DNA from: Thermodesulfobacteriota bacterium
GTDB taxonomy: Bacteria; Desulfobacterota_D; UBA1144; Nemesobacterales; UBA2774
Reading direction: 5' to 3'
NCBI GenBank assembly: GCA_965216785.1
Contig: OZ244197.1
Coordinates: 2,080,001-2,144,000, forward strand
Length of the DNA: 64,000 nt
A program made the translations under genes and the position numbers. The notes under the pieces were generated by a model that saw nothing but the letters and a program-made list of their open reading frames with translations, was not told where the DNA came from and made no database searches. Each line of letters starts with the position of its first letter. The first letter of the stretch is position 1. Positions 29,145 to 38,561 of this stretch are shown piece by piece.

Positions 29145-30845
29145 GTGGATTTAAACGCCAAGCTGAGAAGTATTAAAATAAGCTGGATAAAAACGACTTC
29201 CGAGCGAAGAAAGCTTGTTGTCAGAGACGTAACGGCAGGCTCTGAGCCCGGGATAAGGTTTTATCTCCTGCTCTCTACCTCGGCGCTCATCGCGGCGTTC
29301 GGTCTGATCGCCAACAGCGCGGCTGTAATAATAGGCGCGATGCTTGTGTCACCTCTTATGACGCCGATCATTGGCAGCGCGCTCGGGCTTGTGATCGGAG
29401 ACGCGAGACTATTCGCTAACGCCCTTAGATCGGTCATAGTGGGGACGGTGCTCGCGATCCTGTTCTCCGCGTTACTGGGCATACTGCCGCTCGCGCTCGA
29501 AGCTACGCCCGAGATGCTGGCGCGCACGAGTCCAACGCTCCTTGACCTGTTCGTAGCCATCCTCGCCGGTTTTGCGGGCTCATACGCGATGATCGACGAG
29601 AAAGTCAGCCCCGCGCTTCCCGGTGTGGCGATCGCCGTTGCCATTGTGCCCCCGCTTTCAAACACGGGCATATGCCTTTCTCTCGGGTACTATGACGGCG
29701 CGTTCGGCTCATTCATGCTTTTCTTCGCGAATTTCCTGTCAATACTGCTCGTAGCGGCGGCAACGTTCATTGCCGCCGGCCTCACGCCCCAGTATCAGCT
29801 TAAAAAAGATAAGCACTTCGTAAGGAGTTTTGTTATCGCGGTCGTGGGTTTTGTAGTCGTAGCGGGATTCCTGACTATTTCTCTTGTAGAAATAGTAAAA
29901 GACAGAAAGCTAAAAGAGTCTATTGAGGGCGTTTTATATACCGAATTCAACAAGCTCCACTCTACATCCGTTGACAATTATATATATGACATTGAGGACG
30001 GGAAGCTATTTATACTGGCCTCCGTTAGGAGCCCTGTCATAATGACTCCAAAAGATGTAAAGAAGCTTGAGAACAGTTTCAGAGAAAAAATAGACATGCC
30101 TATAGAGCTGATTGTCAGGAGCATTATTTCAAAAGACGTGAGCGCCTTTGGGAGCGCAAGCGAGGTCATGGGCCAAAACCTGGACGGCTTCTTTATGAAT
30201 AAGGACCTTACAGAGGACCAAAAGATGATCAGGCTCTCCGAGCAGGTAATACTGGAAAAACTCGCGTACTGGCCGAGGATGAGGCTTCTGAACGCGGAGC
30301 TGATAAACCTGCCCAGGGGGCCAACGATATTGGCAACCGTAACAGGTTTCAGGGTGCTCACTGAAAATGAGATCAGAGGTCTTGAGAGGAGCATCAGGGA
30401 AACGCTTGAGAATGACGAGATACAACTGGTGGTCAGGACCATTAAGACCAATTTAACGGACAACCAAGGTGACGTGCTGTATGGATGGATATACGGACTG
30501 GATATGTCCGATGATAAGAAAGAGATTATCAAAAAAGCCGATCAGAGCATACGGGCTAAATTTAAAAGATATAAGAACATATTCCCTGTAAACATTCATA
30601 AAAGGTTTAAGGGCGATGAGCTGCTTGTCCTTGTCGAAGCCGTAGGCGCAAAGCCATTATCTCCTGCCGATATAGCCTCGATGGAGCTAGAGCTTAATGA
30701 GGAGTTCCACAGACCGGTTAACCTTGATGTTTGGTATAAAACCGATGCCGTAATCACCTCTGAAGGGTACAGATCGTTTGAAGACTATAACGAGCTCAAT
30801 ATAGCGGACCTTGAGCGAAGACTCAGGGAACAGAATCAAGACTGA
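29145..30845 (+). CDS. DUF389 / TIGR00341 family membrane protein with long C-terminal extension
   Basis: NSAAVIIGAMLVSPLMTPI, ARTSPTLLDL, LPGVAIAVAIVPPL. Confidence 0.88.
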   Translation: MDLNAKLRSIKISWIKTTSERRKLVVRDVTAGSEPGIRFYLLLSTSALIAAFGLIANSAAVIIGAMLVSPLMTPIIGSALGLVIGDARLFANALRSVIVGTVLAILFSALLGILPLALEATPEMLARTSPTLLDLFVAILAGFAGSYAMIDEKVSPALPGVAIAVAIVPPLSNTGICLSLGYYDGAFGSFMLFFANFLSILLVAAATFIAAGLTPQYQLKKDKHFVRSFVIAVVGFVVVAGFLTISLVEIVKDRKLKESIEGVLYTEFNKLHSTSVDNYIYDIEDGKLFILASVRSPVIMTPKDVKKLENSFREKIDMPIELIVRSIISKDVSAFGSASEVMGQNLDGFFMNKDLTEDQKMIRLSEQVILEKLAYWPRMRLLNAELINLPRGPTILATVTGFRVLTENEIRGLERSIRETLENDEIQLVVRTIKTNLTDNQGDVLYGWIYGLDMSDDKKEIIKKADQSIRAKFKRYKNIFPVNIHKRFKGDELLVLVEAVGAKPLSPADIASMELELNEEFHRPVNLDVWYKTDAVITSEGYRSFEDYNELNIADLERRLREQNQD

Positions 30846-31028
30846 GGGTTTACGCGAGCTACCGAATATCCTTAAAACCCCCGTTTAAAGATACTGCCTA
30901 TAAATTAGGACGATATGTTCACTAATTAGGCAATCGTCTTCAGTTCCGGATTCACTTTAATTACTCCCCCTCTCATAACCGCATACAAACAAAGGATAAT
31001 ATTAAAATAGTCCTGTGTTTCCCGGACT

Positions 31029-31043
31029 TGGCATGGCGTTTGC
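31029..31043 (+). promoter_or_regulatory. Sigma54 (-24/-12) promoter
   Basis: TGGCAT-GGCGT-TTGC matches TGGCAC-N5-TTGC. Confidence 0.75.
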
Positions 31044-31055
31044 TCTATATGTCTG

Positions 31056-31275
31056 TATGCCGATAAAGCATAAGAAATGGTGAGCTCATTTCTTCAAACC
31101 TCCTTACTATCCGGGGGTCGGAATTCATGGAAGTTCCCGTCCCCGGATATTTTTTACGGATGGTTTTTGATTGAATTTCTTTCTGACGTATTACTCTTGC
31201 AGCGAAAAAGCATTCTTGCACCTTTAGCTAAAGTCCCGGGCCGGATACTCGCACCTTCGGTCCGGGATTTTTTTG
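31056..31275 (+). ncRNA. Candidate sigma54-driven sRNA(s) or leader with two terminator hairpins
   Basis: ACCTCCTT then stem ATCCGGGG/CCCCGGAT with T-run; AGCATTC then stem TCCCGG/CCGGGA with T-run. Confidence 0.45.
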
Positions 31276-31336
31276 GTTTAGCGGATACGCTACCGCCGTA
31301 AACTGCTTTAATAATTTACGATGTTATAATAGATAA

Positions 31337-32782
31337 ATGGTCTCCTACTACGAGAACTACGACACCGAGGGATTTTACGACGAGTATTTTGAGCCCGGGG
31401 GTAAGCCCCGTACTGGCGCGCACGTGCTTTTAGAAAGGCTCGAGGCCCTGCCCACTGGCGAGCTGAAAAAGAGACAGAAGGCGACTGAGGCAAGACTGTT
31501 TCAGATGGGCGTCACGTTCACTGTCTACGGTGAGGACAAGGGGACCGAGAGGATATTCCCCTTTGACATCATACCCAGGGTGATTGAGTCGCGTGAGTGG
31601 GAAAAGATCGAAAAGGGGCTGAAACAAAGGGTTTACGCCCTTAATCTTTTTATCGACGATATCTATCACGACAAAAAAATAATTAAAGACGGGATTGTTC
31701 CTAAGGAGCTTCTTAATTCAAGCATGACCTACAGGCCCGAGTGTGAGGGCTTTAACCCGCAGCGGGGCATTTGGTGCCACATTTCAGGCACGGACCTAGT
31801 GCGGGACAGCGACGGAGAGTTCTATGTGCTCGAGGACAACCTTAGATGCCCCTCCGGGGTCTCATATGTTCTCGAGAACCGTCAGGTGCTGAAACGTACG
31901 TTCCCGAGGATATTTGAAAAATCCTACATTCGTCCCGTGGACGACTACCCAAACCGGCTAAAGGAAATGCTTCAGTACTTAGCTCCCGAGGCAGAGTTAA
32001 GCCCTACGGTAGTGCTGCTTACTCCCGGGTATTACAACTCGGCGTATTTCGAGCACTCTTTTCTGGCGCAGCAGATGGGTATTGAGCTTGTGGAGGGCAA
32101 TGATCTCGTGGTCTCGGACGGCTATGTGTACATGCGCACCACGAAGGGGTTTCAGAAGGTGGACGTCATCTACAGAAGGGTAGATGACGATTTTTTAGAT
32201 CCCGAGGTGTTTAGAAAGGACTCGATGCTGGGAGTGCCCGGGATTATGCAGGTTTATAAGTCGGGCAGAGTGGCTATTGTAAACGCAATCGGCACAGGGG
32301 TGGCGGACGATAAGATCATTTACGCATACGTGCCTGAGATTATTAAATATTACACGGGGGAAGACGCGGTGCTTCCGAACGTGCCCACTTACGTATGTTG
32401 GGACGAGAAACAGAGAGCGCACGTGCTCGAGAACCTTAAAGACCTGGTGGTAAAGCCCGCGAACGAGTCCGGGGGGTATGGGATAATGATCGGGCCCAAG
32501 GCGAGCCGGAGGGAAATAGAGAGCTTCCGTAAGAAGATCGAGGCTGACCCCAGGAACTATATCGCCCAGCCCACAGTGTCTCTTTCAAGGGTACCGGTGC
32601 TCGCGGGAGGGCGGTTCGAAGGAAGGCACGTGGACCTGCGTCCATACACGCTGTACGGTGAAGACATATACGTGATGCCGGGGGGGCTTACCAGGGTAGC
32701 TCTCAGGAAGGGGTCGCTGATAGTAAACTCCTCAAGGGGTGGAGGCTCTAAAGACACATGGGTTCTGGGGGATGAGCCCTAG
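31337..32782 (+). CDS. Circularly permuted type 2 ATP-grasp protein
   Basis: [57 protein letters not shown]. Confidence 0.95.
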   Translation: MVSYYENYDTEGFYDEYFEPGGKPRTGAHVLLERLEALPTGELKKRQKATEARLFQMGVTFTVYGEDKGTERIFPFDIIPRVIESREWEKIEKGLKQRVYALNLFIDDIYHDKKIIKDGIVPKELLNSSMTYRPECEGFNPQRGIWCHISGTDLVRDSDGEFYVLEDNLRCPSGVSYVLENRQVLKRTFPRIFEKSYIRPVDDYPNRLKEMLQYLAPEAELSPTVVLLTPGYYNSAYFEHSFLAQQMGIELVEGNDLVVSDGYVYMRTTKGFQKVDVIYRRVDDDFLDPEVFRKDSMLGVPGIMQVYKSGRVAIVNAIGTGVADDKIIYAYVPEIIKYYTGEDAVLPNVPTYVCWDEKQRAHVLENLKDLVVKPANESGGYGIMIGPKASRREIESFRKKIEADPRNYIAQPTVSLSRVPVLAGGRFEGRHVDLRPYTLYGEDIYVMPGGLTRVALRKGSLIVNSSRGGGSKDTWVLGDEP

Positions 32783-32835
32783 GCGTTAAAATTTCGGTAA
32801 AATAAAACAAATCTAGCAATAATCAGAGTGAAAAA

Positions 32836-33816
32836 ATGCTGAGCAGAGTAGCAAATTCGATATACTGGATGAGCCGCTATATAGAGCGCGCGGAGAACGT
32901 GGCCAGGTTTATACGAGTAAACCTGAACCTGATGCTCGAGATGCCCATGGGCGAGTGGGAGCAGTGGGAGCCGCTCGTAATAACCTCAGGGGACCATGAT
33001 GATTTTAAGGAGCGCTACGGAGAGCCGACTAAGGAAAACGTGCTCCGCTTCCTGACCTTCGACATTGAGAACCCGAACTCCATACTCTCGACCCTGAACA
33101 AAGTAAGGGAGAACGCAAGATCTATCAGGGAAGTGATTACCTCTGAAATGTGGGAGCAGATAAATCATTTTTATCTGATGGTGCAGGACGCCTCTGTAAA
33201 CGGGGGAGCTACGGAGATGCCCGAGGACTTTTACTCACGCGTGATACAAGAGAGCCACCTGTTCGCGGGTATTTCGGACGCTACGATGAATAGGGGAGAG
33301 GACTGGCACTTCGCCCGCATGGGCAGACTCATAGAAAGGGCGGATAAAACTTCGAGGATAATAGATGTGAAATACTACATACTGCTTCCGGGGCCTGAGT
33401 ATGTGGGGACGCCGATAGACAACATAGAGTGGGCCGCGCTGCTTAAGTCCGCGAGCGCGCTCGATATGTACAGGAAAAAATTTCACCGCATATCGCCGGA
33501 GAACGTGACCTCGTTCCTTATTCTGGACAGGGACTTCCCACGCTCGATTCTATACTGTATTATTCGCTCCGAGCTATCGCTCCACGCAATAACGGGCTCG
33601 CCCATAGGCACGTTTCAGAACGAGGCCGAGAGGATGCTCGGCAGACTGCACGCGGAGCTCAACTACACAGTGATAGATGAGATAATATTGGACGGACTTC
33701 ACGAGTACCTGGACAATTTTCAAACCGAGCTGAACCTGGTCGGGGACTCGATTAGAGAAACGTTCTTTTCCATGCGCCCTATAGCACAGGCGCAGCAACG
33801 AGGAGGAAATGAATGA
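32836..33816 (+). CDS. Alpha-E domain protein
   Basis: MLSRVA..IYWM.RYIERAE, GR.IERAD.T.R, FPRS. Confidence 0.95.
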   Translation: MLSRVANSIYWMSRYIERAENVARFIRVNLNLMLEMPMGEWEQWEPLVITSGDHDDFKERYGEPTKENVLRFLTFDIENPNSILSTLNKVRENARSIREVITSEMWEQINHFYLMVQDASVNGGATEMPEDFYSRVIQESHLFAGISDATMNRGEDWHFARMGRLIERADKTSRIIDVKYYILLPGPEYVGTPIDNIEWAALLKSASALDMYRKKFHRISPENVTSFLILDRDFPRSILYCIIRSELSLHAITGSPIGTFQNEAERMLGRLHAELNYTVIDEIILDGLHEYLDNFQTELNLVGDSIRETFFSMRPIAQAQQRGGNE

Positions 33817-34556
33817 CTTTTTGCGCGGCAATGAAAGTGAAAAGCGGACTTGTGGGTATTGCCGATACCCTGGTGACCACGGGGACGGAGGGTATAACGG
33901 CAAGGAAGGTGACCATACACCAGTACGGGGACCGCTCTTTGTTTTTAATGACTTCGGGGCTCCGCTCTGTAAGGGACAAGGCGCTTACGTACTTTGACGA
34001 GGTGCTTGAGGAAAGTGAGGGGAAATTCGATAAGCTCTATAAGGCGGTAAACGCCTTCGCGGCCCAGGTGCGCCGAGTAGCGGAGGAGGACAAGGGAGCG
34101 CTTGAGGAAGCAGGGTTTCACTTTAACCTTTACTCCATTATAGGCGGCCAGTTGGAGAACGACACGGAGCACAAGCTCTACATGCTCTACCCTCAGGCCA
34201 ACTGGGTGGAGGTGAGCCAGGGCACCCCTTATTACCTGATCGGTGAATCGAGTTACGGAAAGCCGATAATGGACCGGGCGCTCGACTATAATTTGAATAT
34301 GGAGACCGCGCTCCAGATCGGCTACCTTGCTTTTGACGCCACCAGGACAAGCGCCATAGACGTCGACTATCCGATAGACGTCGTGCTGTACAAGGCTGAT
34401 ACCTATGATATTGTCGAGCACCGTTACGACAGCGACCAGCTGAGAGGAATCTCAAAATGGTGGCAGGACACGTTGAGGGAAGCAATACGCAATCTGCCCA
34501 ACGGTTGGGAAAAGGAAGTGTTCGGCAAGTTAAACGGGCATATAAACGATAAGTGA
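33813..34556 (+). CDS. Anbu proteasome-type protease (Ntn hydrolase)
   Basis: N-terminal Thr after Met (MTFC), GLV..AD, IGESSYGKPI.DR; operon context. Confidence 0.88.
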   Translation: MTFCAAMKVKSGLVGIADTLVTTGTEGITARKVTIHQYGDRSLFLMTSGLRSVRDKALTYFDEVLEESEGKFDKLYKAVNAFAAQVRRVAEEDKGALEEAGFHFNLYSIIGGQLENDTEHKLYMLYPQANWVEVSQGTPYYLIGESSYGKPIMDRALDYNLNMETALQIGYLAFDATRTSAIDVDYPIDVVLYKADTYDIVEHRYDSDQLRGISKWWQDTLREAIRNLPNGWEKEVFGKLNGHINDK

Positions 34557-34557
34557 T

Positions 34558-35403
34558 ATGAAATTTAAAATCAGACACCTGACCACATACACCTTTAGCG
34601 ATATGGTCTTTTTAGATCCGCACACAGTAAGGCTAAGGCCCAAGAGCGACAGCACTCAGCGCGTGGAGAGCTTCGATATCACCATTGACCCCGAGCCCAT
34701 AGGCATTACAAATTCAATTGACCTATCGGGGAACGATACGCTTTCTCTGTGGTTCAGAGGCCTCCACGACCATCTGACAATAACATCCTCCTCAGAGGTA
34801 CAGACGCTTAGAACAAACCCCTATGACTTCATTATAACGGATAACAGAGTGGCAGAGGTGCCGGCCCGTTACGGTAAATCATATGTTGAAGAGCTCAGGC
34901 CGTATAAGAAAAACTATGAGGAAATTGCCGATGTGCTCAGAAATTACATCACCGAGGTGATGAACGAGTCAGGAAGCGAGACGCTTTCGTTTCTGGCGCA
35001 GTTGTGCTCGTCTATACATAGGGATTTTAAACATATGCACAGGCCGGAGGGCCTGCCCAGAGACCCCAGGGAAACTTTTTATTTAAAGGAGGGGGCGTGC
35101 AGAGACCTGGCTGCTCTGTTCATGGAAGGAGCTAAATCGCAGGGGTTGGCCTCAAGGTTTGTCAGCGGGTATAAGGAGGATGAGTTTTTAGAGGGCGCGA
35201 GTCATCTCCATGCCTGGGCCGAAGTGTATCTGCCGGGCGGAGGTTGGCGTGGGTATGACCCGACCACGGGGCTGATGGTAGCGGACTCTCACGTTGCCCT
35301 TGCCTCGGGCGTGTCCGCGGCGGATGCCGCCCCGGTTACAGGCTCTTACCGAGGGGACGGAATCAGCTCGACCCTAAATTTCGAGATCGATATCACCACT
35401 TAA
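34558..35403 (+). CDS. Transglutaminase family protein
   Basis: I.H.T.Y, GACRDLA, RFVSGY, HAWAEVYLPGGGWRGYDPT. Confidence 0.95.
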   Translation: MKFKIRHLTTYTFSDMVFLDPHTVRLRPKSDSTQRVESFDITIDPEPIGITNSIDLSGNDTLSLWFRGLHDHLTITSSSEVQTLRTNPYDFIITDNRVAEVPARYGKSYVEELRPYKKNYEEIADVLRNYITEVMNESGSETLSFLAQLCSSIHRDFKHMHRPEGLPRDPRETFYLKEGACRDLAALFMEGAKSQGLASRFVSGYKEDEFLEGASHLHAWAEVYLPGGGWRGYDPTTGLMVADSHVALASGVSAADAAPVTGSYRGDGISSTLNFEIDITT

Positions 35404-35480
35404 ACACATATTGTATTTCAGCCCTTCAGGTTTTAAAATAGGGTCATAAAGACTTCGCATTTTATGTAGGAGGGTTTGAT

Positions 35481-35738
35481 ATGAGATACGTGTCCAGAGT
35501 TTTTGCTACCGTAATTATTACCTTTTCTGTTTTTCTCCTAAGCTCACCGCTTGCTTTAAATGCCGAGGAGATTGAGCAGGCGCCCGTAGACACTGATATT
35601 TCTAATATATGCACACTGAGCGACTGTAATCCCGCAAAACCCTGCGCCGAGAAGGGTGAGAGCTGCTATACGATAAACGGCGCATTTTACTGCTGTATAG
35701 AACCGCCTTCCGGCGGGGCCGAGGCAGTCGGGGATTAA
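35481..35738 (+). CDS. Small secreted six-cysteine protein
   Basis: AGGAGG RBS, signal peptide, C..C..C..C..CC. Confidence 0.7.
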   Translation: MRYVSRVFATVIITFSVFLLSSPLALNAEEIEQAPVDTDISNICTLSDCNPAKPCAEKGESCYTINGAFYCCIEPPSGGAEAVGD

Positions 35739-35779
35739 TGACTATGGGTGAGCGGGTTAAAATAGTGCCGGGATTGTTT

Positions 35780-35815
35780 GAGATTGCCGCGGCTCATTCG
35801 GAGCCTCGCAAAGAC
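35780..35815. repeat. REP-like element GATTGC...GCAATGAC family (also 40688-40716, 41430-41458, 47628-47655, 53571-53605)
   Basis: Recurrent imperfect palindrome GATTGCTTCGC..CTCGCAATGAC in intergenic regions. Confidence 0.75.
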
Positions 35816-35822
35816 AGGTTAT

Positions 35823-35868
35823 AAAAAAGCTCAAAAGCCCGGCAGTTGTTAGCCGCAGGGCTTTTGAG
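35823..35868 (-). terminator. Intrinsic terminator of family X paralog 2
   Basis: CTCAAAAGCCC/GGGCTTTTGAG stem with T-run on the minus strand. Confidence 0.75.
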
Positions 35869-35923
35869 TTAGAGGAGGATGGATGATTGGCGTATTTTTT
35901 TTCTTTCAACACGCTCTCACTCA

Positions 35924-36199
35924 TTAAGACTGAGGAGCTGAGTTGTTAAGCTTCTGTACGACAAAAGAGTCAGCAGCGCTCGATGCAACGTGACCGCCCT
36001 TGCTGCCCTTATCAGAGCTGAGCTTCTGTACTGCGAGTGAGTCGCCAGCACCGGTGGCTACGTAGCCGCCGCGGATATTGTCGCTAACTTCGTTTGATTC
36101 TACCGGAACACTTACACCAAAAGCGTTAATCTCTGCCTGTGAAGCAACCGGAAAACTAAGACCTACTGCTAAGATTGATGCTAAAAGTAACTTTGTCAT
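35924..36199 (-). CDS. Small secreted protein family X, paralog 2
   Basis: Signal peptide, AFGVSVP, internal repeat GGYVA..D...VQKL / GGHVA..D...VQKL. Confidence 0.85.
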   Translation of the reverse strand: MTKLLLASILAVGLSFPVASQAEINAFGVSVPVESNEVSDNIRGGYVATGAGDSLAVQKLSSDKGSKGGHVASSAADSFVVQKLNNSAPQS

Positions 36200-36230
36200 T
36201 TTACTGCCTCCTTAACTGTGTTTGTCTAGT

Positions 36231-36258
36231 TAGTTGCAGTTGCAACGAGAAAGGATTC
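36231..36258 (-). promoter_or_regulatory. GTTGCA-N2-TGCAAC operator with GAATCC element
   Basis: GTTGCAGTTGCAAC 36233-36246; GGATTC 36253-36258. Confidence 0.8.
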
Positions 36259-36456
36259 AGGAAAATAGGATAAATTTTTCAGAAAAGCGCAGATGATGTT
36301 GTAAGTGTGTCTAAATATTGGGGAATTATTTTTTTTCTGGAATGAAGAAATATGGATTCCCGATTAAGACTTTCGGGAATGACCATATTATCTCCCCCAC
36401 CTCAATCCTCCCCCGTCAAGGGGGAGGAAGCTAGTGTATCACCCTTCTACGGGTTT

Positions 36457-37734
36457 CTACCTGAGCTCTTGTCTGAACGTCTCCTTTGCTCCTACGACGG
36501 ATAGCAGCGATATGACTGCGGCAATCGATAGGTATATGCCGGGGGCGTTGATATTCCCGGTGGATGAAATTAGGTAGGAGGCGACTAGAGGGGCTGAGCC
36601 CCCGAATACTGAAAACCCTATGACATTACCCATGGAAATGCCGCTCATCCTGACATGGGTGGGGAAAGACTCTGCCATAAAGGGGGCGAAAGCGCCCGCG
36701 AAAACGACCATAAACAGCCCGCCCGCGAGCTGCACTACTATCTTTAGCGCCAGGCTGTCGCCTGCGAATACGTTGAATATTAAAATACCCACGAGTATCT
36801 CGCCCGCGCAGCCTATGATGAGCGAGGGCTTTCTGCCGATCCTGTCCGAAAGGTAGCCGCCAAACGGTATAAACACTGTGGTGATCGCGAGTATGGTGGT
36901 GTTTAAATTAAGTATAGTGGAGAGGTCCATGCCGCCGTAGCGCGTGCCGAACGTGATGATGTAGACGAAAATTAGATAGAAAGATACGGCGAACATGATA
37001 GTAGCGCCCAGGACTGTGAGTATGGGCCGCCAGTACAGTCTGAGCGATTCGCCGAGCGGGGAGCTTGTGACCCGGCCTTTTGTCTGAATCTCTTTGAATT
37101 TTTCTGATTCCTGTACGATTTTTCTCAAGAATATAGCTGCGAGTCCGGTTACGAGACCGAGAAGGAACGGTATGCGCCAGCCGTAGCTCATGAGCGCTTC
37201 TGTGGACATCGAGCTTGATACCAAACCGCAGACCGCCGAGGCAAGCAGTATTCCCGTAGTAGTGCTGAACAGCGACATGCTGCCGTAGAGGCCCCTTAGG
37301 TTAGGGGGCGCGATCTCCGCGAATAGCGATATGGTGGCCGAGCGCTCGCCCCCGACAGAGAGGGCCTGAGCGAAGCGGAGCACAATGAGCAGCACGGTAG
37401 CCGCTATTCCAATGTCGGCATAAGTTGGCAGTAGTCCAATTAAAACGGTTGGGAACGTCATCAACACGAGTGTGAGCAAGAAGGCGTTCTTGCGTCCGAA
37501 ACGATCGCCCAGGCTGGAAATCATCACAGAGCCCAGAGGCCGTACCAGGAAGCTGAGGGCGAAGATGAGGAAAGTCGAAAGAATAGACATCGTTTCGTCC
37601 GCAAACGGGAAGAAGAGCTTTGAGAGAATTACGGCGTAGAAACCGAAGATGGAAAAATCGAACCACTCGAGGATAATCGCGAGCGAACCTGCTATCAGGG
37701 TTCTTTTGTGTGGGAGTTTGTTTGGTTGGGACAT
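36457..37734 (-). CDS. MFS transporter, metabolite:H+ symporter (ProP-like)
   Basis: LEWFDF..FG, RPLG..GDRFGRK, GWRIPFL, SDRIGRK; start moved to MSQPNK. Confidence 0.92.
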   Translation of the reverse strand: MSQPNKLPHKRTLIAGSLAIILEWFDFSIFGFYAVILSKLFFPFADETMSILSTFLIFALSFLVRPLGSVMISSLGDRFGRKNAFLLTLVLMTFPTVLIGLLPTYADIGIAATVLLIVLRFAQALSVGGERSATISLFAEIAPPNLRGLYGSMSLFSTTTGILLASAVCGLVSSSMSTEALMSYGWRIPFLLGLVTGLAAIFLRKIVQESEKFKEIQTKGRVTSSPLGESLRLYWRPILTVLGATIMFAVSFYLIFVYIITFGTRYGGMDLSTILNLNTTILAITTVFIPFGGYLSDRIGRKPSLIIGCAGEILVGILIFNVFAGDSLALKIVVQLAGGLFMVVFAGAFAPFMAESFPTHVRMSGISMGNVIGFSVFGGSAPLVASYLISSTGNINAPGIYLSIAAVISLLSVVGAKETFRQELR

Positions 37735-37825
37735 GGGGGAATCGGGGAGCTTTTTGGGAAGTGAGTATAGTATGCGGGGTAAAAAGTTGCAACCTGATAC
37801 TGAGGGATTGACACGTATGGAGTAT

Positions 37826-37850
37826 TCACCCTTCGATATTCTCAGGGTGA
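37826..37850. repeat. REP-like hairpin TCACCCTT...AGGGTGA family (also 41378-41402, 47574-47599, 60639-60663)
   Basis: Four intergenic copies of the same short palindrome. Confidence 0.7.
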
Positions 37851-38000
37851 GCGGGTGTATTTCGTACCTTGATTGTGAGTGATTGCCTAGGCTACTTTGG
37901 AGCCTCAAAATGGCAGTAGCCGCGCTTGGTTGCAAATAGCTATGGGATTTTTTATAATTCAAGGAGCGTCTATAGCACGCACACTACTTTGGAGGGTGAG

Positions 38001-38408
38001 ATGCCTAATACAAAACTGATAATAAGTCTGGTAGCCGGGGTATTTATATTTATATCACTTGCGGGATGCGGCGGCGCTAAAGCGCCTGTGGTCGAGATAG
38101 ACCGTCCTGACTACATCGGCTGCTACAGAGACAAGGGCGACGCCGGCGGCGCGTGGGGAAGAGATCTGGACAAGTATTTCTACAACAGCAACAACATGAC
38201 AATACCCCAGTGCATACAGGACTGTAAGGCGCTCGGATATAAGTACGCAGGCCTGCAGTCGCAAAACCAGTGCTTTTGCGGAGACAGTTACGGCAAGTAC
38301 GGTCTGGCGGAAGGTGAGTGCACAAAGCGGTGTATTGGGGATAAGGAAATGATCTGCGGGGGTACGTGGGCGAATAGTATCTATGAGACAGGGTTTGTGG
38401 GGGAGTAG
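38001..38408 (+). CDS. WSC-domain lipoprotein
   Basis: Lipobox LAGC; YIGCY.D, MT..QC...C...GYKYAGLQ...QCFCG, C...C.GD....CGG..ANSIY. Confidence 0.9.
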   Translation: MPNTKLIISLVAGVFIFISLAGCGGAKAPVVEIDRPDYIGCYRDKGDAGGAWGRDLDKYFYNSNNMTIPQCIQDCKALGYKYAGLQSQNQCFCGDSYGKYGLAEGECTKRCIGDKEMICGGTWANSIYETGFVGE

Positions 38409-38561
38409 CTATTTTTAGGGATTGATGTATTCATACTCCCCCTTTCGCAAAGGGGAGGAATTGTTAAGGACAGAAAATAAAAAAAGGCGCTAAGGGTATC
38501 CTCCTTTTATCTCTAAAGAAACCCCCTAACGCCTTTACAAAACTTTTTGATTATATCTGAG

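Larger units (their letters stand above)
35746..36447. repeat. ~700-bp segmental duplication (copy of 47594-48286)
   Basis: Long near-identical stretches covering terminator, family X gene, operator and REP-like hairpins. Confidence 0.92.

Noticed and set aside
31077-31301. 74-aa ORF upstream of the ATP-grasp gene
   Set aside because: No SD, runs through two terminator hairpins, atypical composition
37786-37937. GTTGCA half-sites as additional MarR operators (also 55660)
   Set aside because: No second half-site at the N2 spacing; 55660 is explained by the sigma54 -12 element
37735-37962. Long N-terminal extensions on the MFS gene (likewise 25472-25576 and 54619-54666)
   Set aside because: The extensions cross REP, terminator or operator DNA; the downstream ATGs fit the family N-termini and, for the latter two, have SD sites
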